DNA of 54,561 bases, from contig ADNK01001713.1 of the NCBI GenBank assembly GCA_000320545.1, positions 1-54,561 on the forward strand. The letters are read 5' to 3'. Under the pieces are notes generated by a model. That model was not told the origin of the DNA. It ran no database searches and worked only from the letters and a program-made list of their open reading frames with translations. The position numbers and the translations under genes were made by a program. Shown here in pieces: positions 1-13,050 of this stretch (its first letter is position 1; every line of letters starts with the position of its first letter). Source of the DNA: Bigelowiella natans CCMP2755 (lineage: Eukaryota > Protista > Cercozoa).

Positions 1-591
1 ATGAGATAATAGGCGCCATAAAGCGGAACATCACGGTTTGATGCCGTGGGGGGGGGGCATTACTTGAAGGACCGCGAGAAGAGTCAGTAGAGACGCAAAG
101 ACCAAGTTACGCGTGAGCTGCTTCTTTCCAGATATTCGGTCTGAGGAAGCATGAAGGGTCAGGGGGGGGGGTGAGGGGAAGTGGATTCAGCGATATATGT
201 TCCCTTACAGGCCCTTATTTGTTTGTCAAAATGCCGTCAGGATGGCTTCACCTTCGACATCCTCTCCATCGTACATCATGGGAGATTTGTAGTCCAGGCC
301 GCTCTCACCATCCGTCTCATCATCTATTCAGCGGATAAGGTGGTGGTGAGTATTAGACGAACGTATCTCTTTACGCACGCACGCAGTTTTCGGGTAGACA
401 GCGAGGGAGAGAGAGGAAGGGAAGCGCAAGAAATTCCGTAAGCTCTTTATTTATATAACTCCTTCCACGATACGACGATATTTCGCATCAAACACGTAAT
501 AACAACGGATGCGAACAGTGGCGCAAATGATGGGGAAGTGCCACTAAGACCTGGATTCGAGTGCCCCTGCCGTCGGCCAATCTTCGAGTCG

Positions 592-1266
592 TCAGTGCCA
601 GATACCAACCTTGTTTAATTTCGATAAAATTGTTATGATGCTGCTCAGATATCGAATACGTGTGCCCATCCCCCCCCCGCAAAAGTCTGAAATTCGGAAG
701 AATTCACCAAAAACGACCTGTCGGTGTCGTCCCCATCTCCTGAGTAATTTCGCGAAACTGAGACGCTTCCTACATGCAGAAGCAAGGGCCGTACCAATTA
801 AAATAAGGATGCACTGTAACTTGCTGTGCACTTGTGGCGAGTGAATGTATGCTTTGCGTTCTTGGATCTCCATCCGACAGTTGCGAATCGTCAGATACAT
901 GGATGACACCATCGAAAGTGATTTCAAAGCACCTGCAGAAGTCTGGTACGGCCGTTGATACGAGGGAAACGTGTGGTAGATGTTGGAGCGCTTCTCGACC
1001 CCAAAGGTCTCTTCACTCTCCATCTCTGTTTCTCTAAAAGGTAGATCTCGAAGGGGGGGACGTGCACAACGGACTCCTCTCCGACGGTATGTTCCGGAAG
1101 GCAATATATACTGGATTTTAAAACTGCGACAACAAAAGTAAGTTACAATTCGCTCGAAAACGCCTCTTTCCAGCTCCAATCTGCAGGAATTTCCTTTGTA
1201 CTGGTCTCTTTTTCTCTTGGAATATAAAGAAGAGCTAAAATACTTGGGTAATGACCACTGCGACAA
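592..1266 (-). CDS. Hypothetical ORF or gene fragment of unknown function; strand and exon structure uncertain
   Basis: 224-aa ORF with no recognisable motif; splice-like signals nearby on both strands. Confidence 0.2.
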   Translation of the reverse strand: MSQWSLPKYFSSSLYSKRKRDQYKGNSCRLELERGVFERIVTYFCCRSFKIQYILPSGTYRRRGVRCARPPLRDLPFRETEMESEETFGVEKRSNIYHTFPSYQRPYQTSAGALKSLSMVSSMYLTIRNCRMEIQERKAYIHSPQVHSKLQCILILIGTALASACRKRLSFAKLLRRWGRHRQVVFGEFFRISDFCGGGMGTRIRYLSSIITILSKLNKVGIWH

Positions 1267-1560
1267 TGCAATATGATGTCGTTATACCTAATTGAAAGCT
1301 TTTTTAGCTCTCAGTTGTCCGGAAAAGAGGCTGATTTTATCATTCGTACATCAATCTACAAACAACGACCCGTTCTTTTTTCTTTTGAGGTACTTGACCA
1401 AACTTACAGCAGGGCAATTATGCACTTGGAATTACATGAGCGACAAGTAAGAAAACGTGTCGCCGCTAGGCCGGTTGCATTTTCCGAAACTTCCCTGATT
1501 TTTCTCTGTTAGATTGAATTAAATCTTGTCGCAATATTTAAACGACAACATTTTGTGCAT

Positions 1561-2200
1561 TTTTTTCATCATCCGACGAATCTCTGAACACACACATGGC
1601 AAATCTGACTCAGGTGAAATGAGGGCTCGGTGCCAGAGAAATAGCTGCCTCATGCGTCCAAGTGTCGGGTCATTTGCATGTTTGGGTACGCAGGGCGAAA
1701 GGCAAGGGATAATGGAAGAGACGGGGAAAGATGTCCAGATGTTGGCACATTGTGCTCGATGCACAGCGAGGAGACAAGCACGATGGATGCACACCGTGGC
1801 TGGACGTGTGCTTCGCGGTTGCAGATCGCAGCAATGCACACATGCACGCATCAAGCCCAACAAACGTGTGCATGTCCATGTGTGTGTGTGCATGCACAAG
1901 CCAGATTGCAGACACAGCAAAATGATGCGCATGATGGTTTCAACACGTCACGTTGATGATTGTCATCATGGACATGGTGAAGAGTTGTTGTGCATGCACG
2001 CATGATGTTTTGCACACAACCGGCTTTGCACCGCAGCATGTGGAATTGCACTGTGCCACTACGCACAGCGCACAGTCACACTGTTCACGACATGGTGAAG
2101 ATCATCCACCATCATGTGGACAGACAATGAACGAAGACGCTGGTGTGCCAGCATGCAGGTTGAATGACCAAGCTAGCTAGCTAGCTAGCTAGCAAAGAAG
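1561..2200. other. TpA-depleted, TG/CA-enriched degenerate sequence island (probable repeat relic)
   Basis: Hand count of 4 TA in 1561-2170 while CpG stays common; ends in a (CTAG)n run at about 2172-2193; ORFs are Cys/His/Met-rich. Confidence 0.7.
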
Positions 2201-2605
2201 ACTTGCGTAGGCACGTTCTCGAATTTGCGGGGTGTTACGGACAGGCCCCACAATGAACAGCAAAAACTGGCGAACGATTTTGTTTTTGCAAACGTGGAAT
2301 GCGTCGCGACGTACATCCGACAACTCTAGAGCTGAAACTGAAACAGACACCATTTAAGCGTTGCGCAGCCGCAGCTTTGCGCAGCCACACTAGCAGGCAA
2401 TAACGAAAGACATGTATTACCAATATTACTGTGTCTATTATGCCAGCAGGTTGTTGAATCGATGGCATAGTGATCTGTTCTCCACATCGAATCACGCTCG
2501 ATTCGGTCGAGTTGTGCACATCTAACCCTAACCCTAGCCCGAATCAACATGTATTTTATTGCATGAAACACACCATAGCGGAAACCAACAGATTCAACAT
2601 TAGCG

Positions 2606-2680
2606 CTGTAGCCGCTGCATTGCATAGCTACATTAGGATGACTATTGAAATTATTTAATCACTTCATTACATCCGTCTAA
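2606..2680 (-). repeat. Solo end of the MITE-like family seen at 19269-19837
   Basis: Reverse complement ttagacggatgtaatgaagtgattaaataatttcaatagtcatccta...gctatgcaa aligns with the left TIR at 19269. Confidence 0.7.
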
Positions 2681-2868
2681 TATACAATTGAACCCAATGC
2701 TGCGTGAATTACTGTTAGCTTCGTGTTATTTCGGCATCGATTTGAGAGTCGAATTGCGCCCTTTACAGGGCGGAAGGGTATTGGGTGACATATCGAATTA
2801 AAATATATGGATGGTCCCTCACGCAGAGTTGATGCGTGGAAGGGAAATAATACTAATGTGAGCTACGC

Positions 2869-4281
2869 TCAAAGAGCAATGCTATCTCCAAACGCTACCG
2901 AGCTAACTTCGCGAGCCCCCGAAATCGAATGGTCGATCGACGACTCCTTGATGTCGGAAAGAGGTTGATGTATGCGGATGTTTCTGCCACTTCCTTCACC
3001 TGTAACAGATTTCTCGCCTAATTGTTGCTTCTCATCGGTAGGGATAGTCTCGAATGAAGTATCCGATCCTATCAAGTCTAACTGCCCACTACTAGTGAGT
3101 GTTTCACGCATCTTAATACCCCTCGTGCTGATGAGCCCTAAACGACCGTGATAGCTGGGCAGTGCGGATTCAAGCCCCGACCGGTTACTTTTAACGATGT
3201 TGCTGGAAGGGCGCCAGGGCCGAGATGCACGCTTGCTATTGCTATCATAGCTCCCATTCCTGGAACCTTTAGATTCCATATCCCCCAGGGCTATGGAGCC
3301 CCTGCTATCGAGTTGAAAGCGGCTGGAAGTAGACGTGCCGACGCTGTTCATACTTCCAATGCTGATCTTTTTACCCCCGCGCCTTCTGGACGCTGAGAAA
3401 TGATAATCATCAATATTGGCGACCATGTTGACGACAAGGATAGAAATATGATGGTGGTGGTGACTATGCTCGAATCTATTTCGCTCTCCACGAGGGAGGG
3501 GGGTTAGGGGAGCTTGCCATTCTCTGTATCTGTATTTCATATTTAGATTTGCGTATGTCCATGTGTGTGTGTGTGTGTGTGTGTGTGCATGTGCGTGAGT
3601 GATCCTGAACGTCCTAACTCAAGCGCGAGGCTCTTACACTCGCATTGACATGAATCCCACCTTGCGACGAAGTGACCACCTTATTGATGGTTTTCCAATA
3701 GAGCTTGAGGAGTACGCAGAGTGCTATCACCTGTCATCGTCATTACATGATGGAAAATGGTGACAGTATGAAGAAGATGACAACACGAATCTCATGGAAA
3801 AAGACGCAGAAAGATCAGGTTCTTACTCCCTTATGCGACTGCGTTTATCGCTGCGTGGCGAATATGAAAGGTAAGAACATGGATAGGAGCAGGCATGGAG
3901 ACACTAAGGAAGGGGGGGGGGGGGGGGCGACTAGTGCTCATTACCTCCCCCATGTAGTAAACAGCAGTAAGTATCAACAGGGTCATATGCTGCTTGTAAA
4001 AAATGGAAGCCAACGCATATGTAGCGCCCTGTAGGAAATGGCAGCCGGTCGTGGCCATGGGTCTCGAGCGGAACTTTAATGCGGCCTTCTTCCGCTTATC
4101 GAGCTCGGTTGCCCCGACCCCGAGCATCATCTTCGAAATCCTGAGCCCGTAAAACATGATGCTGCATGTGAGGGCGGCGTAAACCAAGGCCACACACATA
4201 CTCGGGTATAGCGGGTTGGATATTGTGAAGCTGAAATAGCCAAAGAGCGACCATGCGAGGGCCTGGAATAGAGGACATCAA

Positions 4282-4332
<51 letters not shown>

Positions 4333-5825
4333 TGTGTATTATTCCTCTAGTGCATGGGTTGTCCCTACTCTTCGCTGTTCCGGTCTCTGTGCCACAACAT
4401 CTTTCTTCTTCTCTCCACTAACTCTCTCTCGCTCGCTCCTCGTCCCCCCCCCCCCCCGTCGCTGGCCCCTCCCTCTTACCATTCCGGAAATATTGACAAT
4501 TATGTAGGGTATCTTGACTCTCTGGAAGGGGTTCTTGGACAGCTTGTTGTTGTGGACCACCGACAGCCACTGGAACGCCGGGTAGGAAAACACCCAAAAT
4601 ATTATCGAGTAGGGTATGGCAAGCAGCACAAGGAGAAAAGCCGGGTGCACGTCGTCCGCTGCAGAGAAGGACTCCGCGATGCCAGAGAGTAGCAGCGAGG
4701 AAACAACCCGGAGCACTGACGTCGCAATAACAGCCACGTGCAGGAGCGTCCGCCACTCACCTAAGTTGATCTTCTTGGCGCGGTAGAGCCGCCATACCTG
4801 GTAGCTGGCAAAGCAGCCGACTACAATGTAGACAACGGATGACATAACGTAGACATATCCAAGTCGGCTGGGCTCTCCCTTTTCATCAGGACTGTCGCTT
4901 TGACGGTTCTCCCGGTGGTAGGCCACGACAGCAAACTCGGTGAGGTGTGAGCACACACACACTGCGTTGCGGCTGCTGTGGGCAGCCGCAGCCTCAGCCG
5001 CATTTGTCGGAGCACGCGTCCAGTTCAGCCTACACCCTTCATCGCTAAACCTCGAGATGGCCGGGTCCCAGAAGTAGCAGCCGGCATTCTCTCTCGCAGC
5101 AGCGGAGCCATCATTCAACGGGAATTCTATGGAAACAGATTGGCCTGGCGCAAAGGCTCGCACACGCACATCGCTAGAACGGCGAGCCTCAGTGCTGCTT
5201 CCGTTGTTGCCAGACCCGCCTCCACTGCTACTGCTGCTGCTGCTTGCATTGCGGGTGTAGAGGTTCACCGAATTGATGCCCGAGAGCATGCGGCCCTTAC
5301 CGTTCCTTCTGTCGCCGCTCTGGCTCGCCACAGCAGCCGGCCGGCACAGTCGCACTGCGGACACGTTTGCAGCGATTGAGCTGATGGTAATCCGTTGCTC
5401 TTGCCTGGCCAACGACGACGAAGAGGACTGAGTGAGAGCGGGGACGACGACCGTTGTGTTTCCGACGGTCGCGTGTGCCGAGGAGTCGGCGAATGCTTTT
5501 GACGCACCAGCCTGGAAGTTTGACGTGTCGTAGCTGACTGGGTCGCCCTCAGGCGGGATCGCGTTGCTCGCCAGCTGCAGTAGCCGATCGAAGAGATCTA
5601 GCACGCCGTTGACCGCTTGGCACTCTGGTGGTCAGGTGGGGATGAGGGAGAGAGCGGATGGGAATGTTGGCATGGGGAACTGACACCACCTAAATTCTGC
5701 TTCTCATCGCATTTTTCTACGTCCATGAAATGGGGGGTGGTTGTCTCCATGTGTGACTGGAACATGCAACCAACTAATATGTCGGCTTGTTACACACCTC
5801 TCTCTCCCTATTTTTCTTCTTTGCA

Positions 5826-5870
<45 letters not shown>

Positions 5871-6776
5871 CCTCCCCCCCTCCTCTAACTTGCACTAACC
5901 TGCGGAGCTTGATGCCGGTGCTGGAGGAGTCTCACTTGCTGCTTGTACAGATGCGGCATGCTTGGAACGCACAGCTGCTTGTCTGGCCTCGTCATTATCA
6001 GCAGCGTCTAGTGAGTAAGAAGAGAGCGAGAGGAGATTCGACAGCGTTTGTGCGGTATTTTTCCCTCGTTGCGAGGTAGGGAAGAGCTCTTCTGCGTCAG
6101 CAGCTTCAAGCAGTAGCCCAGTGGTGTTGGCAAGTCGTTCAATACTGGGCATTTAGCAGCAGAGGGGGAAGGTTAGTAGCGACACGGTGTTGTGAACGGG
6201 GGGTGTTATTGTATCAAGGAAGACGAACGAAAGGGGGGGGAGGGAGGACGGCTTTGGAATGGCGCTACTGATGAAACGAACAAGTGCAGCAAATCAGACA
6301 GAAAGGGAAAATTGCACTTTGCAGAATAACGACGCAGTGTTGTCTCCCCTCCCCTCCCACCCCTCCCACCCCTTTCATTTCCGCTCTGAACTGCCTCTAT
6401 TGACCTCCTGGCGGAGACGTTTGCGGAAGGGGAGGCTGTGAGTTCGGCCAAGGTCTGCGCCCCCTGCGCCCCAGCCCCGGATATTACTGCTGGAGACGCA
6501 GCAAGGGCGTTCATCTTGGTGTCTAAAGCGGCCCATATACTGCTGGATAGATCTGCAATCGTTGTCGTTGTGGTGGTCGCTGTACCCGAAGTGACACTAT
6601 CGCCGGCGCTCTGGCCCTCTACTATGGCGGCAAGATCGCCTTCGCAGGAGCTTATCTCAACCAGGGATTCCCAGGGGATAGGCCGTGCCTGTGGTGGTGG
6701 TGATTAAGGTCAGGGCAGTCTGTTTGGAGGGACTGGACGGTGTTCAGAAATAATAAAACATACACTAACACACACA

Positions 6777-6835
<59 letters not shown>

Positions 6836-9800
6836 GGGGGGAAGATATTATCGAAGCGTGGGAGACGGGGGATGCCAGTTCAGCATGATGTGAGTGCGGA
6901 CCACAAGAGCAATAACACCAATATTTTCAAAAGCGTTGTCGCTCGGAAGAGGCGTGCGCGCGCACTGCTGCATACTCACAATATCAAGGCTGTAGTCGAT
7001 CGTGCGAAGTGCATCAGTGAAGCGCTCCTCAAGCTCCAGTGCGAGCAGCATCTCCGTCACCGCGTCTGACACATGGAGCCGGCTGCTACGGGACGGTGGC
7101 AGCGTGCTGGAACTATCAATCACGGCCCTCAACTTGGCCACGGCGGCATGCGTACGATTGCACTCCAGCTGTTTCTGAGCTACCGGATCCAACGACCCCT
7201 CACTCTCTCCAGCATCGTCATTGAAGACAGAAGTCGTAACAATCACGCTTCGTATAGAGCGGGAGGCCTCCCCTCCAATGGAATCTCTTACCATCGTGAG
7301 GATGGTGAGATTTCCGGCAGGTAGGGTTAGGGTAAGAAGGTTGCTCGAGGAGAAGCTAGACAACAATAAGGGCGGGGAGCTCTGCTTTAGCCGGTAGGCA
7401 AACTGGTAGCGGAGGGGCAGGAGGTCAGCACTCGCCGCAGCCTCGAGCTGGAAGCTTTGGGAGTAGGCGATTCCGGTCGGTGGCGTCACCGTGAGCGAAG
7501 TAATCTTAGGAACGGATGCAATGACGACGGAGGTGGACGCCGCAGCAGCCGTGCCCGCCAGCACATCTGTGACTCCCACGGTGAAAGTGAAGGCGCCCTC
7601 CCCCAGCTTGCTAGCTTGGATTTGCAGCGTCGCGCGCGATGGAATTTCTACACCAACTTTCGCCCCGCCCCCTGGCGACGCTACCACTGACCAGTTGTAG
7701 ACCATCTCCCCCCCCCTTAGGGCAGCGCTGCTGCTGTACGCATCCACCGTGATCTCGAGATTTCTGGAGACACTAAGGACGCTCGGGTGCTCACGTAGAG
7801 CCACGTCAGGCACCGCCCCGGGCCGAACCTGCAGCATCGCCGACGCAGTGGACGTGCGAGATATCCACTCGGTGCTCACTGAGTAATTCATGGAGAGGCG
7901 GAGGGTGTGGCCTGATTGCATTAGGCTGGCATCGAGGACCGGCTGCGAGGAGAGGGGAGACGAAAGGCCGAAAGGGCAGGGTACCCAAGACGACGACCCT
8001 GCAGTTCGTCGCTCGCATGTCCAAAGCCACGTAGCTTCTCCCTGCGCATAGTCTGGATCATAAGACCCCGAGCCATCGAGCTGATACGATTCCCCTGCCC
8101 GCACATCCCTCGATGCCCCACCGCGGATTACGGCCACCAGCGGCGACGCGAGCGTTTGCAGGGTCAGGTTGACAGCGAAGTACGGCCTCTCGTCGCCGTA
8201 TGCACTCCGCATGTCCGCCTCGAATCGGAACGTGTATTCCCTGGAGGCGGTGAGGGTACCGGGCGGGAGATAAAGATCGCGTCTGGTGGTGGCTATCGCT
8301 CCTCCGGCCATTGCTGCTGGCCAGGGGACGGAATGAACCACGCCATCTCGCGACTTCGCACGGAGTGTCCATTTGTAAGAAAAGGACGCTCGTTGCTGCG
8401 CCGTGATGTTCCGAGGGTCAGGGTGGCGAATGTGGGCGCGAACCCACGCCCCAGCGCCGGGGCGAAAGGGTTCAGGAGCTTCCACAGTGATAGCGGGGGA
8501 GGGGCGGTGATAGATAGTCGCAGCCTGGGCCTTGCAAACCGTGATCTGTGTCTCATTGAACAACGCACAAGCATGGATCCACAGCTCGTGTGACGGCTGG
8601 CCGCCAAGTAGAGCGGTAAGATTTCGCGACTTCATCGTCAGCTGCGAGGAGGTGCTGATGGGAGGGCTGCCGTCTGGGTCATACCGCCACCACATGGAGG
8701 AGACGGGGTACGCCTTGCAGAGAGCTTCCGCGCGGAAGGTCAACGTCGCGTGCGCCCATCCCGAGGAAGGGCCTTTTATTTGGATGCAATCCCTCAGCAC
8801 CTCCAGGGCGACTGCTGATGGAGAGATCGTCGCTGGCGCTGCTGTGACAGGGCTGGCAGTTGTAGGTGCTGCCGTGCGAGGCGCCAGAGTGGCGGGCGCT
8901 GCAGTCACTGGGGCAGCTGTGATAGGTGTGGCGGTGGGAACGCTAGTAGCCGGTGAGCTCGTGTAGGTGAGGGGTGTGGAACTAGGGGAGGAGGAGGGAG
9001 TCATGGAGGGCGCAGAAGAAGGCGCATTTGAATGCGGAGAGGAGGAGGGAGTCATGGAGGGACAGCATGAGGGCGCAGAAGAAGGCGCATTTGAATGCGG
9101 AGAGGAGGAGGGAGTCATGGAGGGCGTCGAAGAAGGCGCATTTGATTGTGAAGAGGAGAAGGGAGCGATAGAGGGACGGCATGAGGGCGCAGAAGAAGGC
9201 GCATTTGAATGCGGAGAGGAGGAGGGAGTCATGGAAGGTGTAGAAGAAGGCGCATTTGATTGCGGAGAGGAGGAGGGAGTGATAGAGGGACAGCATGAGG
9301 GCGCAGAAGAAGGCGCGTTTGAATGCGGAGAGGAGGAGGGAGTGATAGAGGGACAGCATGAGGGCGCAGAAGAAGGCGCATTTGAATGCGGAGAGGAGGA
9401 GGGAGCGATGGAGGGCGCATTGGAATGCGGAGAGGAGGAGGGAGTGACCGAAGGTGAGTATAAGGGCGCAGAAGAAGGCATAGAAGAGGGCGAAGATGAA
9501 GGCGCATTCGAATATGGACTAGCTGTGGTTGGAACACGCGTGACGGTGACTGCTTTGTAGGACACGAAAAGCTCGTGCACCTCTGCTGTGCTGAGTGCGT
9601 AGTCGTAGATCATCACGTCGTCTATCCATCTGCACGCACACACATATGGATATAATCTTACGCATTAGACTCAAATCCGCACAAACCGGGATGTTACAGT
9701 AGCAGTATCAGTAGCGCGCACAGTCTTGCCACGCACATATTAGAGGGAAATTGCGGGCGGAGGGTGTACCCAGGAAGATGGGAAAGCGACCAAAAGAATC

Positions 9801-11109
9801 ATAAAAACAAATGAAATACATCCGAATAAAAGGGAGCAGCGAAAACAAGAACTGCTACACCCAGATAGAATAACCACAAACTGCAGTGGCAGCGTCGTTT
9901 CATCATCATTGTCGTGGCTCGCAAATACCCGTTGAAATCGCCATGGTCTCTTCCCTCCCGCTGCCCGATCTCGAGCGGGCCAGTATCGACGAACAGGGCG
10001 AGGGGCGGCGTGGAATCGACGATCTGCGTGACCTGGCCATTCAAATAGAAGACGGACCGACCGGTCGTCACGTTGAAGGTTCCGACGAAGTGGTTCCAGT
10101 TTGTGGTCTCTCGAGTGTCAACCATGGCGCATGCACTATCAACCCATTGGCCATCGCTCCTGTAGACCGCGAAGCAGATATTGCGGGAGTTCGTGCTGGC
10201 ACTTCCCAGGATGTAGGCCGTGTATTTGCTCACGAGCTGCAGCATGCCGGGGTACATACCTGGCACCGCAGACTTCACCCAAGCCGCAACTGTAACGCCA
10301 TTTTCGGGCTGTGGGCCATTAGGGAAGCGGGCGTAGCCTCGAGTAGGAGTAGAGTAAATGTCATTCGTTACGTTGGATTCCACGCGCAGCGCCCGAGAGT
10401 CAACCGAGCCTGCTGTGCGCGGTGTGGAGGCGACCCCCACGCCGTAGCCGGGATAGAGCTGACCTGTACCATTGCTCGAGTCGTTAAAGTTGCCCTCAAA
10501 CTTGTACCACGCGAGGAGGTGCTCGTGCTGCGGGGGCTGGGGACGTTCAAACCGGACGGACGCGTACGTGCAGCATGACGCTCGCACCAGCGCCGAGTTG
10601 CAGGTATTCGGGTGTCCCGCGCAGTTGAAGTATGCGGCCGATGAATCCCGGTAGAAAAAACAGTGCGCACATGAGCTTAGGACGGATTGCGCGTCCGGCT
10701 TGGAGCAGAGCTCCTGGCCGTGGCTCTCGCACACCTTCCGCGCATCTTCCATCGAGGGACACGAAATCGCTTGGCCAGTGCTCGAGTTTGTGCAAGAGCG
10801 CTCGAGAACCTCGAAGTAGGGAGAGCGATTTACCACCGTTGGGGAAGTCGTAGGTGCAATTGGAGAGCTGGTTATGGGGGAGAGGGTGGATGGTGACACC
10901 GAGCCGCCGGGGTGCTCGAAGCCTAGATAGTCGATGCACACGCAGTGGACATTGCCCGTGTTGTAGTTGTCTTGCGTAACCTTGAACCGGTAGCACTGAG
11001 AAACACCACGCAGCCATACACACTCAGGAAGCACAACGTGCAAATTCAAGCCACGCGCATTTCATAGCTTGTGTGTTTGTAAAAATTTTTGATCGATGTC
11101 TTTAATTAA

Positions 11110-11147
<38 letters not shown>

Positions 11148-11613
11148 GTGAGTATGCAAGCGCGCATGTCTATGATCTTTTTTCAGATTAAGAACGAGGA
11201 AAGGCATGAGACATTCTTTGACCTTGTAACTCGTGGTACCCGTCAATGAGAAGCGTCGTATTTCTTGATCTGCCCATGCTACCTGCCTGCTCGGCATACA
11301 ACGAAACAACTGCAGTCAAGTCGAGGAGGGATAACAGTGGGCAAAAAAGATCGCTAACACGCATTGGCATGTTGGTTTGTTGGGGTTTGGTATCCCGCCA
11401 ATTGTCATTATTCGGTATATAAGTTAGAAGTCAGCGAGAACAGTTCTTCGCTGTATCTGAAGTCAAGGAAAATACCGATGATTTGTGTTCCGCTGTAGGA
11501 CACTTTTTTTCACTTTTATTATGTCGACTACAAAACCGACTTCGGTGTTTTCAATGCCCTACCATGCGGACAAACAGCTGGAAGAACAAGCTATTGCCAC
11601 CATTTTCCAAAGT

Positions 11614-11647
<34 letters not shown>

Positions 11648-12391
11648 CGACCCTGTTTGTGAATCGAGGGTAACCCAGTCAGTATCTATATTTGGGGCTG
11701 TCAGGCTATTACACCAACTCGCTGTAGAGCCTGATTAAGAAGGGGGAAATATGTTGATTGTACGCCACGTATGCTTCATACTCACAAGTTCGGTCGCTCG
11801 TGAGGCCATTGACACTCTCAAGGTCACCAATGGTTGCTACATATATCACCCTGAATCTCCCAGTCCATAGGGGCGCGGCTACTGTGTGATAGACCATTTC
11901 GACTGAATTTAATGAAATAGCCCGTAATAGCCGTGTCTGACAAGAACTCCCAAGCCTAACATTATCGGTAGAAGCCACTTAGCCGTGGTAGATTTTGAAA
12001 CACTGAGAGGGGTTAAATGCCAAATGCCAAACTAACCAGCGCATTAGCTTGCACGCCGGATCCTCCACAAGGTTCGCTTATCCAAGTTCCAGTTTCTTGG
12101 AAGCCATCCTGTAAAGGCTTATTGCCGTGGGACGCCCCCCCAAAAGCCTCGCTATGTATAGTTGAAGAAGAAAACAGAGAGGAAGATAGATGGTGCTGGG
12201 ATGAGATATATCAGGCTGTGGTAAAAATCCGATCAATCCGCATTCATTCATCAATTTCGTCGCAGTTAGCAAGCGCAGATATTTCGGCAGGGGGTACGGG
12301 GGGGGCATTCATAATTTCTTCCTTACCCACAATTAGGACACGTATTGGAACTGCAGGCCGTGGAGTCGATGCATACATACGTAGCTGTCGT
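2869..12391 (-). CDS. Multi-exon adhesion-GPCR/polycystin-1-like receptor: F5/8 type C (discoidin) - LamG/ConA-like - Ser/Pro/Thr stalk - REJ-like - GAIN/GPS - 7TM - cytoplasmic tail; 5' end probably further upstream
   Basis: Spliced small exons give AWEFLSDTAITGYFIKFSRNGLSHSSRAPMDWEIQGS...WVTLDSQTG...SYKCYRFKVT (F5/8C); LLAWYKFEGNFNDSS, VTVAAWVK, WNHFVGTFN, IDDVMIYDYALSTAEV (LamG3); LVAVIRGG...LDGSGSYDPD and LTLPAGNLTILTMVRDSIG (REJ); CYFWDP...FSDEGC...CVCSHLTEFAVV (GPS); seven hydrophobic segments follow. Confidence 0.85.
4925..5082 (-). other. GPS autoproteolysis motif (HL|T)
   Basis: C-x2-W...C...C-x-C-x-H-L-T-x-F-A pattern in ORF 4339..5604. Confidence 0.85.
8985..9510 (-). repeat. Coding tandem repeat (about 48/60-bp units) encoding a mucin-like SSSPHSNAPSSAPS stalk
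   Basis: Repeated agaagaaggcgcatttgaatgcggagaggaggagggag units inside ORF 6848..9643. Confidence 0.9.
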
Positions 12392-12451
12392 CTGTGAGAC
12401 AGAATTGAAGCTCATCTTATGCGCTAATGATTTTATCTCTATGTGTGTATG

Positions 12452-12493
<42 letters not shown>

Positions 12494-12510
12494 GGTTGGT
12501 GGGTGGATGG

Positions 12511-12547
<37 letters not shown>

Positions 12548-13050
12548 GGGGGGAGAGAGCTTTCATGCAAGATCATCTATGTAATTATTCATGCCAATTT
12601 GATACCAGATGCGCGACCAAGGAGAACACGCCAGTAATCAGCCCTGTATCGAAATTAGGACGCCAATAATGTTTCATGGATGCAATTTGATGACACCTAC
12701 AAAACCTCTCAACTTACTGCCAGAATGAAAGCGACCAACCTAGATTTCGCCCGGGCGCCATAGTATTCTTCACACCCCCGCAGTAGAGGAGCTGAGACGC
12801 GTTGTATCAAGCAAGATAGCTCTGAGTAGGACCTCTATGGCGACAGAGTGCTCTGGTGGGGCATGATGGGTTCCAGTAATTCACGTTTATTTCTTATACC
12901 TGTAGTCCAGGAAGGTCTTAAAAACAAAAACTAGGGCATTTCTCAGGGCGAAATAGTAGAATTTCCTTGTCGCAGGCAAAGAGAGGCCACAATATATGCC
13001 TCGTCGGAGATGTCGTCACAGAACAGTGCATGCGGTTACGCTCCTGCCTG

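Noticed and set aside
8967-9560. CRISPR-like array, or a Glu/Gly-rich + strand ORF
   Set aside because: No unique spacers; the units are in-frame coding repeats of the minus-strand receptor stalk, and the + ORF is its antisense shadow.
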